DNA of 64,000 bases. Origin: Anaerolineae bacterium. Lineage in GTDB: Bacteria; Chloroflexota; Anaerolineae; Aggregatilineales; UBA3940. The DNA lies in the NCBI GenBank assembly GCA_034435035.1, contig DAOTXW010000068.1, positions 25,643-89,642 of the forward strand, written 5' to 3'. The translations under genes were made by a program, and so were the position numbers. The notes under the pieces are model-generated. The model was not told the DNA's origin and did not search any database. It saw only the letters and a list, made by a program, of their open reading frames with translations. Shown here piece after piece: positions 9,862 to 18,789 of this stretch (the stretch's first letter is position 1; the number at the start of each line of letters is the position of its first letter).

Positions 9862-11436
9862 ATGCGATCGGTCATCTCCCCTATTCATGCCGTGCGGGCC
9901 AGGGACGCTGTACGGGCTACAAGCCGCGTCATCCTGGCCACTTTGACTGCGCTGCTGGTGTGGAGCCATACCCCACATGTAAGCACCCGGGCGGCCGAAC
10001 TCACCTATCACGTTGTACAGCCCGGCGACACATGGCCCGGCATAGCTGCAGCCTATGTCGTCCCGCTGCGATCGGTCTGGCAGTCAAATGGCGTTGTTAA
10101 CCCGAACCTGCTGCGCTCTGGCCAGCGCCTGCTAATTCCAGGCGGCACTTCACAGGCAAACGCAGTAGTTACCTATAACCTCACCGAGCAGCCATCGCTT
10201 ATCCGCGCCGCAGTGCTCACTGGCAACCAGCTTTCCACGCTGCTCACCATTAACGCGATCGGCAGCATGACCGGCGCGGCGCGGCAGATGGTTGCCGCGC
10301 CAGACCATCGACCGCAAGCCGTCGCTTCCAGTCCACCGACGCCTCCCCCTACCCCGGCGCCGCTGCCCACCCCGGCCCCAACATCCAGCGATGCCCTGCA
10401 GCGCTCGCGCCTGGGCATTCAGGGCCATTTCTCGATCCCTGACGAGGATCGTCAGCGCCTGCTTGATAAGGTCGCTTACCAGCTAGAATTCACATGGGTC
10501 AAAGTGCAGGTTGACTGGAGCCTGACCGAATACGCACCCGGGCAGTATTCGGTCGAACTGGACAAACTGGATGCTTTTGTTGAAGAGGCGTTCGATCGCA
10601 ACCTCCGCGTCCTGCTGAGCGTAGTCAAAGCCCCTGACTGGGCCCGTTCTACCACAGAAGAAGATGGGCCGCCGGTTGACTATACAGCCTACTACAACTT
10701 CCTCCGGACGATCACACAGCGGTACCGCGGCAAGATCGCCGCAATCGAAGTATGGAATGAACCGAATCTGCGCCGGGAGTGGAACGGCGCTGCGCTCTCT
10801 GGCGCTGAATATGTCCGGCTCCTTTCAGGCGCGTACAGCACCATCAAACAGGAGGATGGGAATATTCTGGTCATCAGTGCCGGACTTGCCCCGACCGGCG
10901 TCAACAGCGAGATCGCGGTCAATGATCGCTTGTACCTGCGGGACATGTACCAGGCAGGGGTGGCTTCCTACGCAGACGCGATCGGCATCCACCCATATGG
11001 GTGGGCCAATCCCCCATGGGCGCGCTGCTGCGGCGACTCAGGCGGTGTACCCAGTCATAACAATGATCCAAGTTTCTTCTTTCTGAACACGATCGAGGAC
11101 TACCGCGCCATCCAGGTAGAGTTCGGGGACAGCCGACAGCTATGGGCTACTGAATTTGGGTGGGGCACGGTAGATGGCCTGGATCTGCCCATCCCGGCTG
11201 AGCAGCCCTTCTTTGCCTACCTGAGCCAGAGCCAGCAAGGCACTTATATCATCGAGGCCTATCGAATGGCGCAGCAGTGGGATTTCATGGGACCCATGTT
11301 CCTCTGGAACCTGAACGTCGCCACGCTGGAAGGGCATATCGATCCGAACCAGGCAGGCTATAGCATCATGATTGAAGTCGACCGGCCACGCGAGGCCTAT
11401 CGGATGCTCCGGGACATCCCCAAGAGCGATCAGTGA
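9862..11436 (+). CDS. LysM domain protein fused to a clan GH-A (TIM-barrel) glycoside hydrolase, membrane-anchored or secreted
   Basis: 524 aa. N-terminal hydrophobic anchor, LysM (YHVVQPGDTWPGIAAAY...GQRLLIP), Pro/Thr linker, then IEVWNEPN (acid/base) and LWATEFGW (nucleophile) motifs. Confidence 0.7.
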   Translation: MRSVISPIHAVRARDAVRATSRVILATLTALLVWSHTPHVSTRAAELTYHVVQPGDTWPGIAAAYVVPLRSVWQSNGVVNPNLLRSGQRLLIPGGTSQANAVVTYNLTEQPSLIRAAVLTGNQLSTLLTINAIGSMTGAARQMVAAPDHRPQAVASSPPTPPPTPAPLPTPAPTSSDALQRSRLGIQGHFSIPDEDRQRLLDKVAYQLEFTWVKVQVDWSLTEYAPGQYSVELDKLDAFVEEAFDRNLRVLLSVVKAPDWARSTTEEDGPPVDYTAYYNFLRTITQRYRGKIAAIEVWNEPNLRREWNGAALSGAEYVRLLSGAYSTIKQEDGNILVISAGLAPTGVNSEIAVNDRLYLRDMYQAGVASYADAIGIHPYGWANPPWARCCGDSGGVPSHNNDPSFFFLNTIEDYRAIQVEFGDSRQLWATEFGWGTVDGLDLPIPAEQPFFAYLSQSQQGTYIIEAYRMAQQWDFMGPMFLWNLNVATLEGHIDPNQAGYSIMIEVDRPREAYRMLRDIPKSDQ

Positions 11437-11445
11437 CGCCTGAGG

Positions 11446-11491
11446 AAATAAAACAAACGGGAAGGGTGGGCCGTCTGTGCCAGGCCCACCC
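11446..11491. terminator. Bidirectional rho-independent terminator between convergent genes
   Basis: Stem GGGTGGGCC (11464-11472) / GGCCCACCC (11483-11491). The A-rich tract AAATAAAACAAAC upstream becomes a T-tract for the rpoC transcript on the minus strand. Confidence 0.55.
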
Positions 11492-11534
11492 TGATCCACT
11501 CTTTCCTGTTCGATTGGCCCGTACTCGCCAGACC

Positions 11535-14500
11535 TTACTCGTCGTCGTTGCTCAGCGCAACGGACTCCCCGGGCTCTGAGCCCGCCATCTCGGCAGCCAG
11601 ATTCTGGTAGTGATGGAATCCGGTTCCTGCCGGGATGAGCTTACCGATGATCACATTCTCCTTCAGGCCGATCAGTGGGTCTTTCTTTCCTGCGATGGCC
11701 GCTCCGGCCAGTACCTTGATCGTGTGCTGGAATGACGAGGCAGACAGGAAGCTGTCCGTATTCAGCGCGGCCTTCGTCACACCAAGGAGGACATTCTGGG
11801 CGCTGGCAGGAGTGCCGCCGGCAGCAAGTACTTTTTCGTTGATTTGACGCAGCGCCAGCCGATCGATCAGTTCTCCCGGCAGCAGGTCAGTGTCCCCGCT
11901 GCGCGTCACCTGAACCTTCGACAGCATCTTGCGGATCATGACCTCAAAGTGCTTGTCATTGATGTTAACGCCCTGTGACCGGTAAACCTCCTGCACTTCA
12001 CGCATGAGGTAGCGCTGAGTCGCTTCAATGCCCAGGATGCGGAGGATGCGGTGCGGATTGGCTGCACCCTCAGTCAGCTGATCGCCGGCCTTCACCCGAT
12101 CGCCGTCTTCCAGGCGGTGCCGGCCGCTGCCCGAGTCAACCTCAACCAGGCGCGCCGCGCTAGGGATCTCGTACTCACGTTCCTCGCGGCGCTCCCAGAT
12201 CAGGGTCAGATGATCCCCCTCCACCGCCACCCGCCCCATATGATCGGCCACAAAGGTCTCGTTGCCCCGCCGCGCCAGTTCCTGCCCCAGTCCGACCTCG
12301 TCCCCATCTGCTACCAGCAAATCCCAGCCGTGAACGTCGTAGGTATCGCGCATCGCCTCGCTATCGACAACGATGATATAACGGACGCCTTCACGCTGCT
12401 CAATACGGACCACTCCGTCGATATCGCTGATAACAGCCTCACCGCGGGGTTTCTTGCGTGCCTCGAAAATCTCTTCCACGCGCGGCAGACCGTGGGTGAT
12501 GTCACGCTCCTCGGCGATACCGCCCGTATGGAAGGTGCGCAGCGTGAGCTGGGTCCCTGGTTCGCCGATTGACTGAGCCGCAACGATGCCAACCGCTGAT
12601 CCGATCTCAACCAGCTCCCCCCGGCCGAGGTCGCGGCCATAGCACATCGCACACAGCCCGGACACTAACTCACAGGTCATGGGCGACCGTACATAGACAT
12701 CATCAATTCGGAGGCGCTCGATAAGCTCAGCGGCCGCCTCATCGATGATCTCATTGCGCGCCACAAGGATTTCGCCAGTTTCCGGGTTCACTACCGGTGC
12801 AGCAGCCACCCGGCCAACCAGGCGCTCAAACAGTGATTGGTCAGCGATAGGCTCGGATGCACGTATCCACTGCCCGGCTTCGGTGCCGCAGTCCATGACA
12901 TTGATGATCACATCCTGGGCCACATCCACCAGACGCCGGGTCAGGTAGCCGGCATCAGCAGTGCGGAGGGCAGTATCCGCCAAGCCCTTGCGCGCTCCGT
13001 GGGTGCTGATGAAATACTCCAGCGCGCTCAGGCCCTCGCGGAAGTTGCTGCGGATGGGCAGATCGATGATCCTGCCTGAGGGGTCGGCCATCAGGCCGCG
13101 CATCCCTGCCAGCTGAGCGATCGGGCCCATGCCGCCCTTCGTTGAGCCGGACTTGGCCATAATCGCGATGCTGCTGTACGGATCCAGCGAGTTCGATACA
13201 GCGCGCGATACATTGGCTTTGGCCCGGTTCCATTCATCGATGGTGCGCTGGTAGCGCTCTTCTTCCGTGAGGAGGCCGCGACGGTACTCGCGCTCGATCT
13301 CGTTGACCACACGGGTGGCATCTTCGATGATAGACTGACGTTCTTCCGGCACAGTCAGATCGCTGATGGCGATTGTCGCGCCTGACAGTGTTGCATATTT
13401 GAAGCCCAGATTCTTGATCTGGTCCACAACTTCGGTGGTGATGTCCGGGCCGGAGCGCGTGTAGATTCGGCCCACCAGTTTGTTGACTTCCTTCTTGTCC
13501 AGCGTCGTATTCACCCAACGCGCATCATCGGGAAGGATGCGATTGAAGATCGCGCGGCCCACCGTTGTCACGATGGGTTCAGGCAGCGCCGGGCCATCCT
13601 CATGAATCTTCTGAAGGCGGATGGGCGTATGCACCTTCAACTGGCCAAGGGCAAACGCCATCTCCACTTCATCCATGTCGTAGAACAGGCGCAGGCTGGC
13701 AGGATCGACCCTGTCGATTTCCTGGCCGGGCTGTTCCATCGTAAGGTAGAAGACACCCAGAACCATGTCTTTACTGGGACCTACCACTGGCGCACCATCC
13801 GCCGGCTTAAGGAGGTTCTTTGTGCTGAGCATCAGCTCGCGAGCCTCCTGGACAGCCTTATCGGAAAGCGGGACATGAACTGCCATCTGGTCACCATCGA
13901 AGTCCGCATTAAAAGCTGTGCAGACCAGCGGATGGATCTGGATAGCTTTGCCCTCGACCAGCTGAGGCTCAAAGGCCTGAATACCCAGGCGGTGCAGGGT
14001 CGGCGCTCGATTCAGCAGAACCGGTCGCTCCTGGATCACCTCTTCCAGCACTTCCCACACTTCCTGCTTCTCGCGCTCAATGAAGCGCTTGGCGCTCTTG
14101 ACGTTAGACACGTAGTTGTACTGAACCAACCGGCTGATCACGAAGGGTCGATACAGCTCGAGCGCCATAGTGCGCGGAAGCCCACACTGATGCAGCTTGA
14201 GCTTCGGGCCAATCACAATGACTGAACGCCCAGAGTAGTCCACGCGCTTGCCCAGCAGGTTCCGACGGAAGCGCCCCTTCTTGCCCTTGAGCATATCGCT
14301 CAACGACTTGAGCTCGCGCCTTCCGCGACGGCTGAGTGCTCGACCGCGCTGGCTGTTATCGATGAGACTGTCAACAGCCTCCTGGAGCATCCGCTTTTCA
14401 TTGCGCACGATCACATCGGGTGCGCCAAGCTCGAGCAGACGTTTGAGGCGATTGTTACGATTGATCACCCGCCGGTACAGGTCATTGAGATCAGAGGTCG

Positions 14501-15812
14501 CGAAGCGTCCGCCATCCAGCTGCACCATCGGACGCAGATCCGGCGGGATAACTGGCAGAATCGTCAGCACCATCCACTCGGGCCGGTTGGCGCTGGTGCG
14601 CAGCGCCTCCACGACACGCAGCCGCTTGGTTGCCTTCTTCTTGCGCTGCTTCGAGCGAGTGGTCCGTACCTCGTGCCACAGTTCCTTGGCCAGCCGATCC
14701 AGATCCATGGACTTGAGGATCTCGTGAAAGGCGCCGGCTCCCATATTGGCCTTGAAAACCTGTCCATAGCGCTGCTTGAGCTCGCGATAGCGCGCTTCGC
14801 TCAAAAACTGCATGACCGCTAGAGACTCCAGTTCGCGGCGCTGATCCGCATACATCTGGTGCAGACTGTTGATACGTGTCCGCAGAGTCGCCTCGATTTC
14901 GCCGACCTGTTCCGCAGCCTCCGCATTCACATCGTCAGGCACCCCAGAAGCGCGCTGGACTGCCAACCGGCGCTCCTCTTCGATCTCAGCCTGTATTTGA
15001 TTGAGCAGGCTGCCCGCAGCCTCCTGGACCAGACGAATATGCTCAGGTCCGATAGTCTCACCCGCCGCGACGATAACCGACTCGGTTGGTTCGAACACCA
15101 TCGGCTTGCGTGCAACCACCCCATCCTTAGCCTCCAGCAACCGCTGGAAGCTCTGAGCTGCGCGCATCAGATCGTCCGTGCGGGTCGACATCTCCTCCTC
15201 GAAGCGCGCCTCGATCGCGTCGATCCGAGACTGTATTTCGCTCAGCGTCGCGTTGCGGCTATTCATGATACTGCCGCTTTGCTCAGCCGCCTCGCCGCGG
15301 AGGGCCATCTCTTCGGTCCGAAGCTCCTCCTCCAGCCGCTTAAGCGCCTTCTGACGGGCATCCTCATCCACAGAGGTGATCACATACTGGGCAAAATACA
15401 GAACCCGATCCAGGTTCCGGCGTGAGACATCGAGCAGAAGACCCAGGTAGCTGGGCACGCGCCGTGTGTACCACACGTGCGCGACCGGCGCCGCCAGCTC
15501 AATATGCCCCATGCGCTCGCGGCGAACTGCGGCACGGGTGATCTCGACGCCACATTTATCGCAGGTCAGGCCCTTGTAGCGGATATTCTTATACTTGCCG
15601 CAGTAGCACTGCCAGTCTCGTGTAGGCCCAAAGATCGCCTCACAAAAGAGGCCATCCTTCTCGGGGCGGAGCCTGCGGTAGTTGATTGTCTCAGGCTTTG
15701 TAACTTCACCGTAGGACCACGACTTGATTTGCTCCGGTGATGCCAGGCTCACGCGAAGAGCCCGGAAATCCTTGGCCTCCAGGCCGGTCTCCTGCATGCG
15801 GTTGTACACCAA
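11535..15812 (-). CDS. rpoC: DNA-directed RNA polymerase subunit beta-prime, with a large lineage-specific insertion
   Basis: 1425 aa. Zn-finger CxC...CxxC near the N-terminus, NADFDGDQM catalytic motif, and conserved regions through to the C-terminus. TTG start with GGGGG SD 7 nt upstream. Confidence 0.97.
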   Translation of the reverse strand: MVYNRMQETGLEAKDFRALRVSLASPEQIKSWSYGEVTKPETINYRRLRPEKDGLFCEAIFGPTRDWQCYCGKYKNIRYKGLTCDKCGVEITRAAVRRERMGHIELAAPVAHVWYTRRVPSYLGLLLDVSRRNLDRVLYFAQYVITSVDEDARQKALKRLEEELRTEEMALRGEAAEQSGSIMNSRNATLSEIQSRIDAIEARFEEEMSTRTDDLMRAAQSFQRLLEAKDGVVARKPMVFEPTESVIVAAGETIGPEHIRLVQEAAGSLLNQIQAEIEEERRLAVQRASGVPDDVNAEAAEQVGEIEATLRTRINSLHQMYADQRRELESLAVMQFLSEARYRELKQRYGQVFKANMGAGAFHEILKSMDLDRLAKELWHEVRTTRSKQRKKKATKRLRVVEALRTSANRPEWMVLTILPVIPPDLRPMVQLDGGRFATSDLNDLYRRVINRNNRLKRLLELGAPDVIVRNEKRMLQEAVDSLIDNSQRGRALSRRGRRELKSLSDMLKGKKGRFRRNLLGKRVDYSGRSVIVIGPKLKLHQCGLPRTMALELYRPFVISRLVQYNYVSNVKSAKRFIEREKQEVWEVLEEVIQERPVLLNRAPTLHRLGIQAFEPQLVEGKAIQIHPLVCTAFNADFDGDQMAVHVPLSDKAVQEARELMLSTKNLLKPADGAPVVGPSKDMVLGVFYLTMEQPGQEIDRVDPASLRLFYDMDEVEMAFALGQLKVHTPIRLQKIHEDGPALPEPIVTTVGRAIFNRILPDDARWVNTTLDKKEVNKLVGRIYTRSGPDITTEVVDQIKNLGFKYATLSGATIAISDLTVPEERQSIIEDATRVVNEIEREYRRGLLTEEERYQRTIDEWNRAKANVSRAVSNSLDPYSSIAIMAKSGSTKGGMGPIAQLAGMRGLMADPSGRIIDLPIRSNFREGLSALEYFISTHGARKGLADTALRTADAGYLTRRLVDVAQDVIINVMDCGTEAGQWIRASEPIADQSLFERLVGRVAAAPVVNPETGEILVARNEIIDEAAAELIERLRIDDVYVRSPMTCELVSGLCAMCYGRDLGRGELVEIGSAVGIVAAQSIGEPGTQLTLRTFHTGGIAEERDITHGLPRVEEIFEARKKPRGEAVISDIDGVVRIEQREGVRYIIVVDSEAMRDTYDVHGWDLLVADGDEVGLGQELARRGNETFVADHMGRVAVEGDHLTLIWERREEREYEIPSAARLVEVDSGSGRHRLEDGDRVKAGDQLTEGAANPHRILRILGIEATQRYLMREVQEVYRSQGVNINDKHFEVMIRKMLSKVQVTRSGDTDLLPGELIDRLALRQINEKVLAAGGTPASAQNVLLGVTKAALNTDSFLSASSFQHTIKVLAGAAIAGKKDPLIGLKENVIIGKLIPAGTGFHHYQNLAAEMAGSEPGESVALSNDDE

Positions 15813-15967
15813 AGAAGCCCCCTTCTGCTAACGATCTGCAATCTTGCAGCCGCGCAACTTGTCAAGCAGAAACGGCGCTAGGGGAGCTTCTCCCCAGCGC
15901 ACCCATCCATCAGTCGTCAAAGCCATTTATTGGTATCGCCGAGCACCCTGCTTGTCTGCGAAACCTA

Positions 15968-15996
15968 ATTATACCAGTGATGTCAAGAACCGGCAA
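15968..15996 (-). promoter_or_regulatory. Candidate promoter for rpoC (extended -10)
   Basis: On the minus strand, TTGCCG (15991-15996) - 17 nt - TGGTATAAT (15968-15976). It lies in a local AT-rich pocket and predicts a ~150-nt leader. Confidence 0.45.
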
Positions 15997-16040
15997 GCAT
16001 CATTTCGCAGCTGGCAGACTCGTGGTTCTGGTGAATGGGC

Positions 16041-16087
16041 AAAACAAACCACGGGTACGGCCGCCGCCCGCTGTGGCCGGCCGTACC
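16041..16087 (-). terminator. Rho-independent terminator downstream of prfB
   Basis: Stem GGTACGGCC (16054-16062) / GGCCGTACC (16079-16087). On the minus strand it is followed by GGTTTGTTTT (plus 16041-16050). Confidence 0.55.
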
Positions 16088-16151
16088 AGCCAGACATTCC
16101 AGCTCTGGGGAGGCAGGCCTTCAGATTCTCCCCTTACACCCTGGCCGTGGA

Positions 16152-17232
16152 TCAGGGGGCCTGCTGCAAGTACGCCTGCATGAACCCGAGCAGCTGCCCA
16201 TCCAGCACGGCTGTGGTATTAGCCGTCTCAAAATCCGTCCGGTGATCCTTCACCATCTGGTAGGGATGCAGCACATACGATCGAATCTGGTTACCGAAAT
16301 TCGCGTTGATGTAGTCCCCTTTAAGAGCCGCCAACTCCTGATCCTGCCGGGCTTGTTCCAGCTCAAGCAGGCGAGCACGCAGCACTCGGACTGCATTCTC
16401 GCGGTTCTGGGTCAGGGATCGCTCGTTCTGGCAGCTTACCACGATGCCTGTGGGCTTATGAGTGATCCTGACGGCAGTTTCGTTCTTCTGAACATGCTGC
16501 CCCCCTGCCCCACCGGCCTTGAAAGTCTCGACGATCAGATCGTTCGGATTCAATTCAATCTCGATGTCACCATGCACATCAGGCCAGACTTCAACCAGCG
16601 CAAACGACGTGTGCCGCCGATGAGCGGAGTCAAACGGGGAGAGTCTGACCAGACGATGTACACCCCGCTCCGAGCGAAGATATCCATAGCACCATTCGCC
16701 GCTGATAGCCAGGGTTGCGCTCTTGATGCCCGTTTCTTCACCAAGGCTGCGATCCAACACATCGACGCGATAGCCCTGCGCCTCTGCCCAGCGGATGTAC
16801 ATCCGCTCAAGCATTGCAGCCCAATCCATCGCATCGACGCCACCTGTGCCCGCGTGGATCGCCAACAGGGCATCCTCGCGATCATATTCGCCCGAGAGCA
16901 TAGTGGTGAATTCAAGATTCTCGATGGTCTGACTCAGATCGGCCAGTTCCTGTTCCAGATCCTTGCGCAGGGACTCGTCGTCCAGCGCAGCCAGCTCAGC
17001 GGCATCCGCAATGCGCTGGTTCAGGGACTCCCACCGGTCAAGTTCTGCCCGCAGCCGGGCTGCCTTCTGCATGAGCTGCTGAGCGGCCTGAGCATTGTCC
17101 CAGAATCCGCTCTCTCCGGCTGTCTGATCGATCTCGCTGAGCTGCTGGCGTTTGTTAGCCAGGTCAAAGACGCACCATGAGTGCCTGGGTTCGATTGTTA
17201 AGGTCATTCAAGACATCGATCAGGTCGTCCAT
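16152..17232 (-). CDS. prfB: Peptide chain release factor 2, expressed through a programmed +1 ribosomal frameshift
   Basis: Frame-0 leader ATG 17232..CTT 17167 ([22 protein letters not shown]) stops at TGA 17166-17164. The +1 frame continues DLANKRQQL... to the stop at 16152. SPF and GGQ motifs are present. GGAGG SD lies 8 nt upstream of the ATG. Confidence 0.9.
17161..17172 (-). other. prfB +1 frameshift site CGT CTT TGA C
   Basis: The minus-strand sequence reads ...ATG GTG CGT CTT TGA CCT GGC..., which is the canonical CUU UGA C autoregulatory slippery site. Confidence 0.9.
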
Positions 17233-17281
17233 ACGTATTGCCTCCTGGCAGGGATAACATGTCCAGTACTTGGACAAGCCG

Positions 17282-18175
17282 TCACTCAAACAGCCCGTCA
17301 ACAAAGGCTTCAGCGTCGAATGCGGTAAGGCTTTCGACGTTTTCACCGGTTCCCACAAAACGGATCGGAAGGCCAAGCTGGCGCGCGATGCCAAATGCCA
17401 TCCCGCCGCGCGCCGTGCTGTCGAGTTTGGTGATGATGATTCCGGTCACGCCCACCGCCTCCTGGAAATGCGCGGCCTGCGCGAGGGCGTTCTGTCCCGT
17501 TGTACCATCAACCACCAGCCACACCTCATGAGGGGCTTCGTGAACGCTCTTGGCAGCCACTCGCCGCACCTTCTGCAGTTCTTCCATCAGGTTATGCTTG
17601 GTATGCAAACGCCCTGCTGTATCCACCAGAACCAGATTGTGCTCGCGCGCCCTCGCTGCGCGGATAGCGTCATAGGTCGCAGCGCCAGGATCGCCACCCA
17701 TCTGCCCCGCGACAACCGGGATGTTTAGCCTCCGGCCCCACGTCTGGAGCTGTTCGATAGCGGCTGCTCGATAGGTATCTGCTGCGGCCAGCAGAACGGA
17801 CCAGCCCTCGCTGCTCAGGCGATGCGCCAGCTTGGCGATCGTCGTGGTCTTTCCCGACCCATTCACGCCTACGATTAAGACCACGTTGAGCTGGCGTTCG
17901 CGCAGCAGATTGAGTGGCCGAACCGGCGGCAGCGACTGCAGCAGCGCTTCACGCAATGCCTGCTGAAGCTGAGCGCGGGTGCTCAATCCCATGGCTCGCA
18001 CCCGCTGTTGAAGCGCCTGCACAACTTCGGTAGCCGCTTCCACCCCCAGATCAGCCTGCAGCAGCAGCGCCTCAAGTTCGTCCCAGGTAGATTCACCAAT
18101 CTCGGAGGTGCCCAGCAGGGCGGCGATTCGTCCGAAGACAGACTGGCGTGTGCGGAGCAGGGCATCTTTCAACAT
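17282..18175 (-). CDS. ftsY: Signal recognition particle receptor FtsY (NG domain only, no acidic A domain)
   Basis: 297 aa. Contains GVNGSGKTTTIAKLA, DTAGR and TKLD motifs. Confidence 0.9.
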   Translation of the reverse strand: MLKDALLRTRQSVFGRIAALLGTSEIGESTWDELEALLLQADLGVEAATEVVQALQQRVRAMGLSTRAQLQQALREALLQSLPPVRPLNLLRERQLNVVLIVGVNGSGKTTTIAKLAHRLSSEGWSVLLAAADTYRAAAIEQLQTWGRRLNIPVVAGQMGGDPGAATYDAIRAARAREHNLVLVDTAGRLHTKHNLMEELQKVRRVAAKSVHEAPHEVWLVVDGTTGQNALAQAAHFQEAVGVTGIIITKLDSTARGGMAFGIARQLGLPIRFVGTGENVESLTAFDAEAFVDGLFE

Positions 18176-18250
18176 ACGCGGGCACTCAGTAGAATCAGGC
18201 TGCGACCGCGGGAGTATACCACATCGCCAGCCTTAGCCGCATGGCCAGAA

Positions 18251-18280
18251 TTGCCGTCTGCTTTCGCTCAGGGCTATAAT
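18251..18280 (+). promoter_or_regulatory. Candidate promoter for the moaC operon
   Basis: TTGCCG (18251-18256) - 18 nt - TATAAT (18275-18280), 19 nt upstream of the moaC ATG. Confidence 0.35.
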
Positions 18281-18298
18281 CCCCCCACACTGAATAGG

Positions 18299-18787
18299 AT
18301 GGAGCCAGACTTGTCAACACTCAGCCATGTTGATAACGAGGGACGCATCTCGATGGTCGATGTGTCCCCCAAACCGGAGACGGCGCGCTCGGCAATCGCC
18401 CGGGGTATGGTGACGATGAAGCCTGCCACACTGGGCCTGATTCGCGACAACAGCGGGGAGAAGGGCGACGTCCTGGCTGCTGCGCAACTGGCCGGAATCA
18501 TGGCAGCCAAGCAGACAGCAGCACTGATCCCCCTGTGTCATCCGCTTCCGCTAACACATGTGGAGGTTAGCCTGCGCGTAGATGATGCGCTTTCCGCCGT
18601 GCTAATCGAAGCAAGAACGCGTACCACAGCCCGGACCGGGGTCGAAATGGAGGCCCTCACAGCCGTCGCCATAGCGGCCCTGACCGTGTACGATATGACC
18701 AAGTCTGTCGACCGTGGCATGCGCATCGAAGCCATTCGCCTGGTCGAAAAGCATGGTGGCCAGTCAGGAGATATGATACTGGAGTAG
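18299..18787 (+). CDS. moaC: Cyclic pyranopterin monophosphate synthase MoaC
   Basis: The conserved MoaC sequence starts at MEPDLSTLSHVDNEGRISMVDVS (ATG 18299). The 97 codons upstream in the listed ORF overlap ftsY and the promoter region, so they were trimmed. Confidence 0.88.
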   Translation: MEPDLSTLSHVDNEGRISMVDVSPKPETARSAIARGMVTMKPATLGLIRDNSGEKGDVLAAAQLAGIMAAKQTAALIPLCHPLPLTHVEVSLRVDDALSAVLIEARTRTTARTGVEMEALTAVAIAALTVYDMTKSVDRGMRIEAIRLVEKHGGQSGDMILE

Positions 18788-18789
18788 CA

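Noticed and set aside
16035-17180. 381-aa plus-strand ORF
   Set aside because: It is antisense to prfB, which has SPF and GGQ motifs and the canonical frameshift site. It has no motifs of its own.
17164-17394. 76-aa minus-strand ORF as an independent gene
   Set aside because: Only its last 22 codons are meaningful, as the frame-0 leader of prfB. The upstream part overlaps the ftsY 3' end.
18008-18298. N-terminal 97-codon extension of the moaC ORF
   Set aside because: It overlaps the ftsY start and the putative promoter. MoaC homology starts at ATG 18299.
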